The notes below the pieces were generated by a model that made no database searches, was not told the DNA's origin, and worked only from the letters and a program-made list of their open reading frames with translations. Of a DNA stretch of 64,000 nucleotides, positions 48,738-58,036 are shown piece by piece. The stretch comes from a bacterium. Its GTDB lineage: Bacteria > Bdellovibrionota_C > UBA2361 > CALJRW01. The first letter of the stretch is position 1, and the number at the start of each line of letters is the position of its first letter. Location: positions 1 through 64,000 of the forward strand of contig JANNBC010000010.1 in assembly GCA_031385045.1 (NCBI GenBank), given 5' to 3'. A program made the position numbers and the translations under genes.

Positions 48738-50672
48738 TTAGTATAGCTCTTGAGCATCAATGCAAATTTGTCCTTGATACTTTCCTTTGGTAGAAATTCG
48801 GACACTCCCAATAACTGTGAGTTGGATTTTATTTGCCTGATCGCTAGTAAGCATTTCGCCGATTTTAGGTTTTATTAAATCCATCGGGATAAAGACATCA
48901 GTTTCATAATTTAGCAGACTATTTTGCTGTTCTAAGACTCGAAGTCTCCAGATATCTAAATCTTTTAATTTTTTAGCCTCGAGAACTTTTAAATTATTAA
49001 GGATAAATAATGGTTTAGGGAAACCATTCCCAAAGGGTGCTAGGGTTGACATGCATCGAATAAATTCTGGCGTCAGTTGTGCTAGGCTTAAAGGCAGAGC
49101 GACAGATTCTAAATTGCTAGGAGTTATTTGCTGCTTGGTGCATTCTTCCTGAAATCTTTCTTGAAAAATTGCTAAGGAATTAGCCTTAATCGTAAGTCCA
49201 GCCGCCATGGAATGACCACCGAATTTAATGATTACTTCAGGATTAGTTTTTTTGATGGTCGCTAAAATTTCTACTAAATTAATTCCTTTGACGCTTCTTC
49301 CTGAGCCTTGTCCTGCTTGACAAAAAACAATCGCTGGGCATTGATAGATTTGGCTTACTTTGCTTGCTAGCAATCCTAATACGCCTTTTCGAAAACCCTC
49401 TTCTTTTGTCCCACTAACAGCAATCCCTGGAGGAAGGCTCTCCCTGGAGTTTAGTTTTTTAATCAGTGTACGAGTAGCCAAGCTTTGAATTCCCTTGCGG
49501 ATATTATTAATTTTAATCAAAGTCTCAATCCCCGCTTTACGAATAGTGGGATTTTTTTCAAAAAAGATTTTGGTGACTAGTAGTGGATCGGCAATTCGAC
49601 CTTGGGCATTAATTACTGGAGAAATATAATAGCCAATGATGTCGGAAACTTGGTAAATTATTTCTTCTTTCTCAAATTTTTCTAAGCTGGGAGTCAGATT
49701 AATTTTTTGACCAAAGACTTCTTTGATAAATGGGTCTTGCGAAGTGAGTAGGTTTTTAATCCCAAGTGCTGTAATCGCTCTATTGCCGGGAGTGTTGAGT
49801 GGTGCGACATCACCAATTGTGGCAATCAAAGCCAAAATGGAACAGAGGTTTAAATCGATTTTAATATTTTCTTGCAGTGCTTGTTGCAAGCCATAAGCAA
49901 ATAAATAGGTTATTCCTCCTGTGGCAAATGGTTCAGAGAGGTAAGGTTTGAAGTTATCACAAGGGTTTACAAAGATTGTTTCTTGGCGCGGGGAGTCTTG
50001 GGATAAAAGATGATGATCTAGGGTTATGCTATTTCTAATTTGGCCTAGCTCACGTTTATTACTTGTACCCATATCTAAACAAAATAAAAGGCCATCATGC
50101 TTGTGGAGTTCTGTTAATAGTAATATTTTCCAAGCTGTCTGTTGAGTAGCTTGAAAAAAAGGGTCGTCCTCTGCTTGTACTGCTAAATGTTTAGCAAAAG
50201 ATTCGGAGAAGTTTTTTTTAACAAAAATTAGAATTTCATCTGAGGATAAGTTGTCTTTCGTAAAAAAAGTTTCGATTAGAATCTTTTCTTCTGCAAGTTG
50301 TTGATTAAAGAAGCTTTGAGCATCCGAAGTTATTCTTGAATTAAGACCATAGCCTTCTGTTTCACGAACTGGAGTAGTGTAAATATATTTCAGGTTTAAA
50401 GCTTTGCAAGCTAAAATAATTTGCAGCGCAGAAGTGATGCCATCAGTGTCATAGTCCGAAGCAATTGCAATTGGTCGTCCCCATTCAGCAAATTTACAAA
50501 AAGTTTTAATTGCTTTTGGTAAGTTTTTCATTTCGAGGTATCTCTCGAGTGGGACTTCTTCGGGGCGTAATAATTCTCTAGTTTCGTTAGACATCAAAGG
50601 GTGACCTTGAGAACGCAGATAACGACTAAGAATGTCGGTAGGAGAGCAGCTCGGTGATTGCGCATGGATCAT
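48738..50672 (-). CDS. recJ: RecJ-like DHH-family exonuclease
   Basis: DYDTDG, LDMG, LDHH, ATIGDVAPL, PVINAQGR, GSGRS, FGGHSMAAG, LAPFGNGFPKP. Confidence 0.85.
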   Translation of the reverse strand: MIHAQSPSCSPTDILSRYLRSQGHPLMSNETRELLRPEEVPLERYLEMKNLPKAIKTFCKFAEWGRPIAIASDYDTDGITSALQIILACKALNLKYIYTTPVRETEGYGLNSRITSDAQSFFNQQLAEEKILIETFFTKDNLSSDEILIFVKKNFSESFAKHLAVQAEDDPFFQATQQTAWKILLLTELHKHDGLLFCLDMGTSNKRELGQIRNSITLDHHLLSQDSPRQETIFVNPCDNFKPYLSEPFATGGITYLFAYGLQQALQENIKIDLNLCSILALIATIGDVAPLNTPGNRAITALGIKNLLTSQDPFIKEVFGQKINLTPSLEKFEKEEIIYQVSDIIGYYISPVINAQGRIADPLLVTKIFFEKNPTIRKAGIETLIKINNIRKGIQSLATRTLIKKLNSRESLPPGIAVSGTKEEGFRKGVLGLLASKVSQIYQCPAIVFCQAGQGSGRSVKGINLVEILATIKKTNPEVIIKFGGHSMAAGLTIKANSLAIFQERFQEECTKQQITPSNLESVALPLSLAQLTPEFIRCMSTLAPFGNGFPKPLFILNNLKVLEAKKLKDLDIWRLRVLEQQNSLLNYETDVFIPMDLIKPKIGEMLTSDQANKIQLTVIGSVRISTKGKYQGQICIDAQELY

Positions 50673-50792
50673 AATGACATCCTATCGCTTCCTGAGACAC
50701 TAAGCTAACTGAATGATTTAGCTGGGGTTTTGATTATTTACAGACATTCAGCTAAAAATGAGTTGGTCGGACGTTTTATAAATTAGGAAATA

Positions 50793-51785
50793 ATGATTTT
50801 TTCATTTTCAACATATTGGTATCTCTACCTAACATTCTTTCTGTTAATTTTTGCCCTACTTTATGTCGACTTAGTTTTCCTTAACAAAAAAGACTCCGTG
50901 ATGTCCATGAAAAAAGCTGGAATCTTAACAGCTTTTTGGGTTTCTTTAGCATTGGTTTTTGGAGCTGCTGTTTATTTCTTCGTTCTTTGGCAACAAGATA
51001 CTTATACGATTGGGAGTAATATTATCCCGTCAGCTGTTTTTGCTAAAACCATTTTCTTTGATTTTGTCACAGCCTATTTAGTGGAAGAGGTGTTATCTGT
51101 TGATAATATGTTTGTCTTTATCCTCTTATTTTCCTTCTTTAAAATAGAGAGTAGGTATCAACATCGTGTATTATTTTATGGGATACTTGGAGCAATTGTT
51201 TTTCGAGCAATTTTTATTTTACTGGCCGCCTATCTGATACACTTCACATGGATTCTCTGGTTCTTTGGAGCTTTTTTATTTTGGACTGGGATTAAGGTCT
51301 TAACTACCAATGAGGATCATAGTCCTACGGAAAGTCCAATTATTAAGTTACTTCAAAAATATCTGCCTTTAACGAAAGAACTTCATGGGGATAGTTTTTT
51401 TATTAAGCAAAATGATAAATGGTTGGCTACTCCATTATTTTTAGCACTGTGTGCTGTAGAGTTATCTGATTTAACTTTTGCTGTTGATTCTATTCCAGCT
51501 GTAGTGGCCATAACTAAAGAGCCGTTTATTATGTATAGCTCCAATATCTTTGCTATTTTGGGGCTCCGTTCCATGTATTTCTTATTAGCAGGACTGATGC
51601 CAATGTTTCATTACTTTAAGTACGGATTGGGAACCATTCTAATTTTCATTGCAATCAAGATGACCTTGATTCACTATTTTGCCCCTGGCTTTCCAAGTTA
51701 TGTTTCCTTGATTGTTATTATAGTGATTTTAGTAAGTAGTCTTGTGGCATCTTTGGTTTTTCCTAAAACTGAAAAATCTTTGTAG
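50793..51785 (+). CDS. TerC/Alx-family membrane protein
   Basis: YLVEEVLSVDNMFVF, QHRVLFYGILGA, FAVDSIPA, SNIFAILGLRSMYF. Confidence 0.93.
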   Translation: MIFSFSTYWYLYLTFFLLIFALLYVDLVFLNKKDSVMSMKKAGILTAFWVSLALVFGAAVYFFVLWQQDTYTIGSNIIPSAVFAKTIFFDFVTAYLVEEVLSVDNMFVFILLFSFFKIESRYQHRVLFYGILGAIVFRAIFILLAAYLIHFTWILWFFGAFLFWTGIKVLTTNEDHSPTESPIIKLLQKYLPLTKELHGDSFFIKQNDKWLATPLFLALCAVELSDLTFAVDSIPAVVAITKEPFIMYSSNIFAILGLRSMYFLLAGLMPMFHYFKYGLGTILIFIAIKMTLIHYFAPGFPSYVSLIVIIVILVSSLVASLVFPKTEKSL

Positions 51786-51789
51786 CGGA

Positions 51790-51819
51790 CTAGGCCAAGC
51801 GCGAGCTCGCTTGGCCTAG
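51790..51819. terminator. Perfect 12-bp hairpin between convergent genes
   Basis: ctaggccaagcg-N6-cgcttggcctag. Confidence 0.7.
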
Positions 51820-51833
51820 GTTTACTCTCTGGA

Positions 51834-54020
51834 TTATTTTTTAAGACTGTCGGCATTCTTAATCAATTCTAACATCTCCCGACGGTAGCCTTCTTTGTCT
51901 GCTCCCAAGTTCTTCTCGGCTAATTTTAAAACATCAACATAAGTGTAGTCTCCTAGGAATTGGCTATGTCGAAGAAGCGCGGCAAAGTAACTAGTCGCTG
52001 CGATAAAATTAAAATCAGTACTTGGTTCTTTTTCTGATTTGACAATCGGAAAAGTAAGTAACTCTGATTTATCTCCAGTTGGAGCTTTGAAGCGGACTTT
52101 TAAGAATGCTAATTCCTCACTTAGGTCCTTTTTAGCAATCAAGGCTTCTTTCGATTTAGGCTGATAGCGATATTCTAAATTTAGTTTTTCTGCCAGGGCT
52201 GTGCCAGTTAAAACAACTTCGTACAGTGCTGTCACTGTATGACTTGACCCAATTTCTCCAGCATCAACTTGATCGTTATTAAAATCTTCCTTTTGAAGAA
52301 GGCGATTATCATATCCAATCAAGCGATAATGGGAGACGTGTTCTGGGTTAAATTCAATTTGTAGTTTTACATCTTTTGCCACCACTTCAATGGTTCCAAA
52401 CAAGTCTTGTTCGAAAACTTTTCGGGCTTCACCAAAGCTATCAATATAAAAATAATTTCCATTACCTTTATTTGCCAATTGTTCCATCATGCCTTCGTTA
52501 TAGTTGCCTGTTCCAAAGCCAATCGTAGTAAGCGTAATGTTACTTTTTCTTTTTTCGGAAATTAGATTTACTAATTCTTCCGTACTAGTTGTCCCCACAT
52601 TAAAGTCACCATCAGTAGCAAGGATTACACGATTTACTCCATTAGGGATGTAATATTTACTAGCTAATTGATAAGCTTCTTCAATCCCCGCACTGCCATA
52701 AGTACTACCGCCTGAAGATAGTCCTTCAATCGCTTTTAGAATCTGATCTTTCTCGTTAATGCTAGTGCCTGCTAGCAGTGTACCTGCAGAGCCAGCATAG
52801 GTTACAATCGAGACTTTGTCCGTCGGTCTCATTTTATTAGTTAATAGTGTTAGTGACTGTTTAACTAAGCCAAGTTTATCATCTGCTTGCATTGAACCAG
52901 AAACGTCAATTAAAAAAACTAAATGCCAAGGTTTTTCTTCAATACGCGCGTCTTTTGCTTTTATCCCTAGTTTTAGTAAGAATTTTTCTTTCTCAAGTGG
53001 GGATGGGGCGAATTCATAATTTAAACTAAATGGTTTTTCGTATTGAGCTGGATAGTCATACTTAAAGTAATTAATAAATTCTTCCGCGCGGATTGAATCT
53101 GTTGGGGGCATTTGTCCCATTCGTAAGAAGCGGCGAGTATTAGTGTAACTTCCAGTGTCAACATCAATGCTAAAAGTGGAGATCGCCTCTTGGTGCACAG
53201 CGATTATTGGATTTTCAGTATACTTTGTGTATCTTTCACTGGAGCTAGTCTGTGCCAGTTGATCGTAAGCACCAGCTAGTAGGCCTCCTGATACTTCAGC
53301 AATAGCTTGGCTTGGAACTGGAGCATTCGCTAGATCGGACCGTTCTTTTCTTAAACCTTTTAGATCGTCTTTGTTAGCTGAGATTGAGGCCAGAGCTTGT
53401 TTTGTTCCTTCAAGTTTTATTTCTAACTCTTCTTGTGGCGCATTCGCTCCATCAAGTGGAGCAATTTTGTTTGCTTCTTTTGGCTTGTTACTACCGAGAT
53501 CAAGCTCTTGGCTTAGCTTAGCACGTGGCACTTCTGGAGATAGCATTCTTGATTCAGTCTCCATAGATTTTTTCTGCTCATCAAATGCTTTAGTTTCATT
53601 TTTTGCAACGCGATTTAAATCGTCTTGTTTGTGATTATTTGACGTTGAGAATGAAGCTTGTTTTGTTATGACTTCTGGATTTTCTTGATAGATTTTTAAT
53701 GTGAGTAAGAGCATTGCGGTTGTTGCCACTCCGCTAAAAATTATCTTTTGGGATTTTGTGAATTGCATAATTAATCTCCTAATAAAGGTATGTTGGTATT
53801 CATTGTGAATACTTTCCATAACTTTGACCGAGAAGTTACTATTTAGTTCGAAATTTTTTTGATTAATATTATTTTCAAGATTAATTAATTCTTGATAAGC
53901 TTGAAACTTTTTTGAGAGTTCTGGATTGGCTTTAATGATCGCTAATAATTCCTTGCTTTCTTCGGAGCCCAGACGACCTTCGACTAAATCAATAAACTTG
54001 TTAGTTATTTCGTGCTTCAT
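51834..54020 (-). CDS. YfbK-like vWA protein with N-terminal anti-sigma-like domain and TM helix
   Basis: STFSIDVDTGSY, EEFINYF, DVSGSM MIDAS, LATDGDFNVG, YRLIGYDNR; directly follows the ECF sigma gene. Confidence 0.9.
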   Translation of the reverse strand: MKHEITNKFIDLVEGRLGSEESKELLAIIKANPELSKKFQAYQELINLENNINQKNFELNSNFSVKVMESIHNEYQHTFIRRLIMQFTKSQKIIFSGVATTAMLLLTLKIYQENPEVITKQASFSTSNNHKQDDLNRVAKNETKAFDEQKKSMETESRMLSPEVPRAKLSQELDLGSNKPKEANKIAPLDGANAPQEELEIKLEGTKQALASISANKDDLKGLRKERSDLANAPVPSQAIAEVSGGLLAGAYDQLAQTSSSERYTKYTENPIIAVHQEAISTFSIDVDTGSYTNTRRFLRMGQMPPTDSIRAEEFINYFKYDYPAQYEKPFSLNYEFAPSPLEKEKFLLKLGIKAKDARIEEKPWHLVFLIDVSGSMQADDKLGLVKQSLTLLTNKMRPTDKVSIVTYAGSAGTLLAGTSINEKDQILKAIEGLSSGGSTYGSAGIEEAYQLASKYYIPNGVNRVILATDGDFNVGTTSTEELVNLISEKRKSNITLTTIGFGTGNYNEGMMEQLANKGNGNYFYIDSFGEARKVFEQDLFGTIEVVAKDVKLQIEFNPEHVSHYRLIGYDNRLLQKEDFNNDQVDAGEIGSSHTVTALYEVVLTGTALAEKLNLEYRYQPKSKEALIAKKDLSEELAFLKVRFKAPTGDKSELLTFPIVKSEKEPSTDFNFIAATSYFAALLRHSQFLGDYTYVDVLKLAEKNLGADKEGYRREMLELIKNADSLKK

Positions 54021-54021
54021 T

Positions 54022-54579
54022 TTATTTTTCTCCTCGGGTCATTGGTCGTTCCATACACTCAACTAGTAAAAGTCGAGCGCGATTAATACGAGATCTTACT
54101 GTGCCAATTGGCACTCCACTTAGTTCAGCTACAAATTCATAGCTTTGGCCATCAAGCGCCACTAATACTAGTGCTTCCCTAAATTTATCTTTAAGTTTTG
54201 ACAGGCAGCTATAGAGTTTGCCAAATAACTCTCGATCTAAGGCGATGTCTTCCGGAGATTTTAAATGCTGGATCTCTATTTGGTTTCGACCAGTTTCTGC
54301 TGAGCGTTGATTCTTAAACTCCTTGGAGTGGAAGTAGGCATTAGTGACATTTAAGGCAATTCGAATTAGCCACGTAGAAAACTTAGATTCAAATCGAAAA
54401 GAGCGAATGCCTCGAAAGGCCTTGATGAAAGTTTCTTGAGCTAAATCTTCGGCGATGTCATGTTTTAGGCCCTGCTTGGAAATTATTCGATAGATTAAGT
54501 TTTGATGAAGACTGATTAAATGCCGATATTCCTCAGTCTCGCCACTTTGAACTTTCTTAATTAGTTGATTTTCGTCCAT
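54022..54579 (-). CDS. ECF RNA polymerase sigma factor
   Basis: AEDLAQETFIKAF, FSTWLIRIALN, GTVRSRINRAR. Confidence 0.95.
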   Translation of the reverse strand: MDENQLIKKVQSGETEEYRHLISLHQNLIYRIISKQGLKHDIAEDLAQETFIKAFRGIRSFRFESKFSTWLIRIALNVTNAYFHSKEFKNQRSAETGRNQIEIQHLKSPEDIALDRELFGKLYSCLSKLKDKFREALVLVALDGQSYEFVAELSGVPIGTVRSRINRARLLLVECMERPMTRGEK

Positions 54580-54598
54580 GGTATCTGAATTAAACTGG

Positions 54599-54670
54599 AT
54601 ATACTAAAACCCATTGGGTTTTTCCTAACAGCTTTGTATTTTTGGTAATTTTCAATGTCGCTTAGTATAT
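54599..54670. repeat. 72-bp MITE-like element with ATATACTAA...TTAGTATAT termini
   Basis: Terminal inverted repeat; both halves recur inverted at 60476-60513 and 60654-60689. Confidence 0.8.
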
Positions 54671-54690
54671 TTCTAGCTTTACTTGATTGC

Positions 54691-54717
54691 TTAGATAGTA
54701 ACAACTTGGAAAAGTTC
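54691..54717 (-). promoter_or_regulatory. RpoE/AlgU-type ECF promoter upstream of the ECF sigma gene
   Basis: GAACTT-N16-TCTAA on the minus strand. Confidence 0.7.
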
Positions 54718-55054
54718 GAAAAATTATTCGATATTTTTTACGGGGTACTGTGAGTAGAATCCACCGTAGCAGTTTAAGGTTAGCATGTATGCATATTTAT
54801 GAGACTATTAGTAGTTTCGTAAGGTTTAGAAGTATCTCCTGTAAAATCAATAAATTATCCTAATAAATAGATATTAGACATAGAGTGTCTAGCTAGCGCC
54901 TGATTCTAAATCTAATTATTTAATTGGATCAATTTTATAAAATGGATGGACTGTAAGGAAGAAGTTTAAACAGCCAATTAAGATAAAGACCAGAACTCTA
55001 GTGGTTTTTGTTTTCTTATTGTTGTTTGCAGTTATAACTTAACAGCGGGGGTAC

Positions 55055-55534
55055 ATGTTTAACTATAGATCAATTAGAAGTTTTTTTTTGACACTGATCA
55101 GCCTTACATTATTTTCTGTAAGTAGCGTTTTTGCACAGCAGAGTTATGACCCGGCAAATGTTTCGCAGAAAATACCTGCTGCAAATAGTTATAACTATTC
55201 AACGTCGATTTCACAAAGATATAGCTCGTTTCAGCTGACCTTCGGGACAGTTCGTCCGATAGTAGCGCATCGCCCAAATGCTTTAAACTTAGCACTTTTC
55301 GGATATAGACTGGCTACAGATGCTCCTTCTGTGAGAAAGCCGTTTAGTTCACTTCCTGGGCATTTAAGTCTTACTAACACTTTTGCTCAGACTGCACCAA
55401 ATTACACAGTGAATACTTTAGTTACTTTTGATCCTCGCAAATTGGCTACAGGTACTTACTATTTCTACTTTACCTATGGCACACAGGAAGGGGATGAAGA
55501 GAATTATATTTATCAAATAAAGATTACCACTTAG
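55055..55534 (+). CDS. Hypothetical exported protein
   Basis: Signal peptide ending VFA-QQ; beta-rich mature part. Confidence 0.75.
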   Translation: MFNYRSIRSFFLTLISLTLFSVSSVFAQQSYDPANVSQKIPAANSYNYSTSISQRYSSFQLTFGTVRPIVAHRPNALNLALFGYRLATDAPSVRKPFSSLPGHLSLTNTFAQTAPNYTVNTLVTFDPRKLATGTYYFYFTYGTQEGDEENYIYQIKITT

Positions 55535-55663
55535 TTATATTATTAAACTTTTGTGACTAATTTATCCTATATCCTAGTCGATATTAAATAAGGTTCATTC
55601 ATAGCTACATAGGCAAGCAATTAGTCTTCTCGAAATCTAAGACTCAATTACTACTAAGTTTTG

Positions 55664-55839
55664 TATAGTGTCAGTGTTTTTTGTTCGCTTTGCGAACATC
55701 TATTGAGCACTATAGTGTGTGGATGCGTAGAATCCACCGTCGCCACGAGGGTGGTAGGGTTATTAAGTTTTTGTGTGGCTATGGTGGATATAGTGTTAAT
55801 GTTTTTTGTTCGCTTTGCGAACATCTATTGAACACTATA
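55664..55839. repeat. Two 51-bp palindromic direct repeats (55664-55714, 55789-55839) around a 74-bp hairpin-forming spacer
   Basis: TATAGTG...GTTCGCTTTGCGAAC...CACTATA; 3 mismatches between copies. Confidence 0.85.
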
Positions 55840-55864
55840 AATTGAGTGTGTTAATAACAGTGGG

Positions 55865-58036
55865 ATGAAAACACGTCTTACGCTTCCAATTTATTCCTTA
55901 ACCCTATTATTAAGCGCTTTTTTAATTTTTTCGCTGCAGCCGCTCTTTAGTAAAATGATTTTGCCACTTTTGGGGGGTAGTTCGTCTGTTTGGAATACTG
56001 CCATGGTTTTCTTTCAGGCAGTGCTTTTAATGGGTTATGGGTATGCTCATTTAACAACAACTTACTTAAAACCTAAGCAACAGGTGTTGTTGCACATTTT
56101 ATTATTAATACTCTTTACTATTTTTTTACCCTTAACTGTTGGGGTTAATCCCCAGCCCTCGGCAACCCAACCAATGCTTTGGCAATTAGGTTTAATGTTC
56201 TCAGCAATCGGCGGGCCGTTTTTTATTCTTTCCTCAAGCGCACCACTGCTTCAAAAATGGTTTGCCGCAAGTAATCATAAAAGATCGGCAAATCCATACT
56301 TTTTATATGCAGTGAGTAATGTCGGCAGTATGGGTTCTTTGCTGGCCTATCCTTTTTTATTAGAGCCTTTAACTACTCTAACTCAGCAAAGACACCTTTG
56401 GACTTTTGGTTATGTCAGTTTAATTATTTTAACAATTTTTGCTGCTAGTTTTTTTTGGAAGAGTAATAGTCAGTTAGTAGTAAATGTGAATGTAGGTTCG
56501 AAGCCAACGGTAATACAAGTTATCAGTTGGGTTGGTTATTCTTTTATACCATCTAGTTTGATGTTGGGTTTTACAACATTAATCACTACCGATTTAGCTT
56601 CGGCCCCCTTGTTTTGGGTTGTGCCACTGACAATTTATTTAGGGACTTTTATTATCGCTTTTTCAGAGAAGAAATTAATTAGTGATGACTTTTTGAGACG
56701 CTTGGCGGTCTATGCACTTTCATTTGTGGTGTTGTTCTTTATAACAAACTTAGATCTACCTAAGCTCTTTATGGTTGCTGTGTATTTAATAATATTTTTT
56801 ATTACTGCCCAGTATTGTCATTCGCGTTTGGCAGCTAGATCTCCTAGTTTAAAATATTTAACAACATATTATTTCTATATTTCACTTGGTGGTGTTTTAG
56901 GTGGAATTTTTAATGCTCTGATTGCACCTAATTTATTTGTAATTCCAGCAGAGCTTTGCTTGCCATTAATTGCTATTGTCTGGAGTTTGTTAACAAAGGA
57001 AGACTGGAAGAAGTTTAATTCCTTGAAGATTGGATTAAGAATTGCTTTGTTATTAGTTGCCCCAGTATTCTGTGGCTATGCCTTCTGTTCTACGGATCTT
57101 AGTATTCGTTTAGCTAGTGGGTTCCTGATTCTATTTTTTTTAACATTTGCCACAAGGTATTTGGTTGTTTTTGCTTGGACAATTTTCCTATCCTTAATTT
57201 TATTTCCACCAATTGGCTGGAGCTTTAATCAAAGCGTCATTTTTCGTGCTCGTAATTATTTTGGTATTTTAACAGTTAAAGATTTACCAGCAATTAGATC
57301 TTTTACTCATGGCATCACTTTGCATGGGGCTCAGCCAAAGCTAGCGCAATTTAGGTTATCACCAATTACTTATTATAGCTCTTCTGGGCCAATCGGGGAT
57401 GTCTTTCGTTCCTTGGAGCAAAGTGCACTGCCTCAGCAAATTGGAGTTCTTGGCTTAGGTGTGGGAAGTGTTGCTTGCTATCAAAAGCCAGAACGGAGTT
57501 TTGATTTTTATGAGATAGATCCTGAGGTAATTAACATTGCCGAAGATCCAAATTATTTTACTTACCTTAAAGATTGTGGCAGCCCTTATAAAATATTTTT
57601 AGGTGATGCCCGGCTCAAGATTGTGGAGGCCGATTCTCGGAAGTATGATCTAATCTTAGTTGATGCTTTTAGCTCAGATAATATCCCAGTCCATATTATG
57701 ACCAAAGAAGCATTTCAACTCTATCTTGAAAAATTAAAGGATGATGGACTTATTGCTATGAATATTTCTAATCGTTATCTAGATCTGAGACCTGTGCTTG
57801 CAAGTATTGCTAAGGAGCTGGGCTTAGAGATGCGGATTAAGATAGATCGTAAAGATCTCCCTTTGGATCCAGGAATTCCTTATCATAAGAGTATCTACGT
57901 AGTCTTTACTAAGTCAGCAGAACGAATGGCAAAATTTACACCATATTTACAATGGAAACCTTATCAAGGTGATTTGCCACTCGCATGGACAGATGATTAT
58001 GCCAATATTTTAGGAGCGTTTGGGCAGGTTCACTAA
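55865..58036 (+). CDS. Fused membrane domain / spermidine synthase-like methyltransferase
   Basis: LPLLGGSSSVWNT..FFQ, HGITLHG.Q, GLGVG, YEIDP, GDAR, VDAFSSD.IP.H, WTDDY. Confidence 0.9.
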   Translation: MKTRLTLPIYSLTLLLSAFLIFSLQPLFSKMILPLLGGSSSVWNTAMVFFQAVLLMGYGYAHLTTTYLKPKQQVLLHILLLILFTIFLPLTVGVNPQPSATQPMLWQLGLMFSAIGGPFFILSSSAPLLQKWFAASNHKRSANPYFLYAVSNVGSMGSLLAYPFLLEPLTTLTQQRHLWTFGYVSLIILTIFAASFFWKSNSQLVVNVNVGSKPTVIQVISWVGYSFIPSSLMLGFTTLITTDLASAPLFWVVPLTIYLGTFIIAFSEKKLISDDFLRRLAVYALSFVVLFFITNLDLPKLFMVAVYLIIFFITAQYCHSRLAARSPSLKYLTTYYFYISLGGVLGGIFNALIAPNLFVIPAELCLPLIAIVWSLLTKEDWKKFNSLKIGLRIALLLVAPVFCGYAFCSTDLSIRLASGFLILFFLTFATRYLVVFAWTIFLSLILFPPIGWSFNQSVIFRARNYFGILTVKDLPAIRSFTHGITLHGAQPKLAQFRLSPITYYSSSGPIGDVFRSLEQSALPQQIGVLGLGVGSVACYQKPERSFDFYEIDPEVINIAEDPNYFTYLKDCGSPYKIFLGDARLKIVEADSRKYDLILVDAFSSDNIPVHIMTKEAFQLYLEKLKDDGLIAMNISNRYLDLRPVLASIAKELGLEMRIKIDRKDLPLDPGIPYHKSIYVVFTKSAERMAKFTPYLQWKPYQGDLPLAWTDDYANILGAFGQVH

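Noticed and set aside
50673..50792. yybP-ykoY manganese riboswitch expected before a TerC/Alx gene
   Set aside because: Consensus features not recognisable in the 120-bp spacer
55664..55839. Mini CRISPR array or integron attC sites
   Set aside because: Only two 51-bp units, a 74-bp self-complementary spacer, no cas or intI genes, and no RYYYAAC/GTTRRRY boxes
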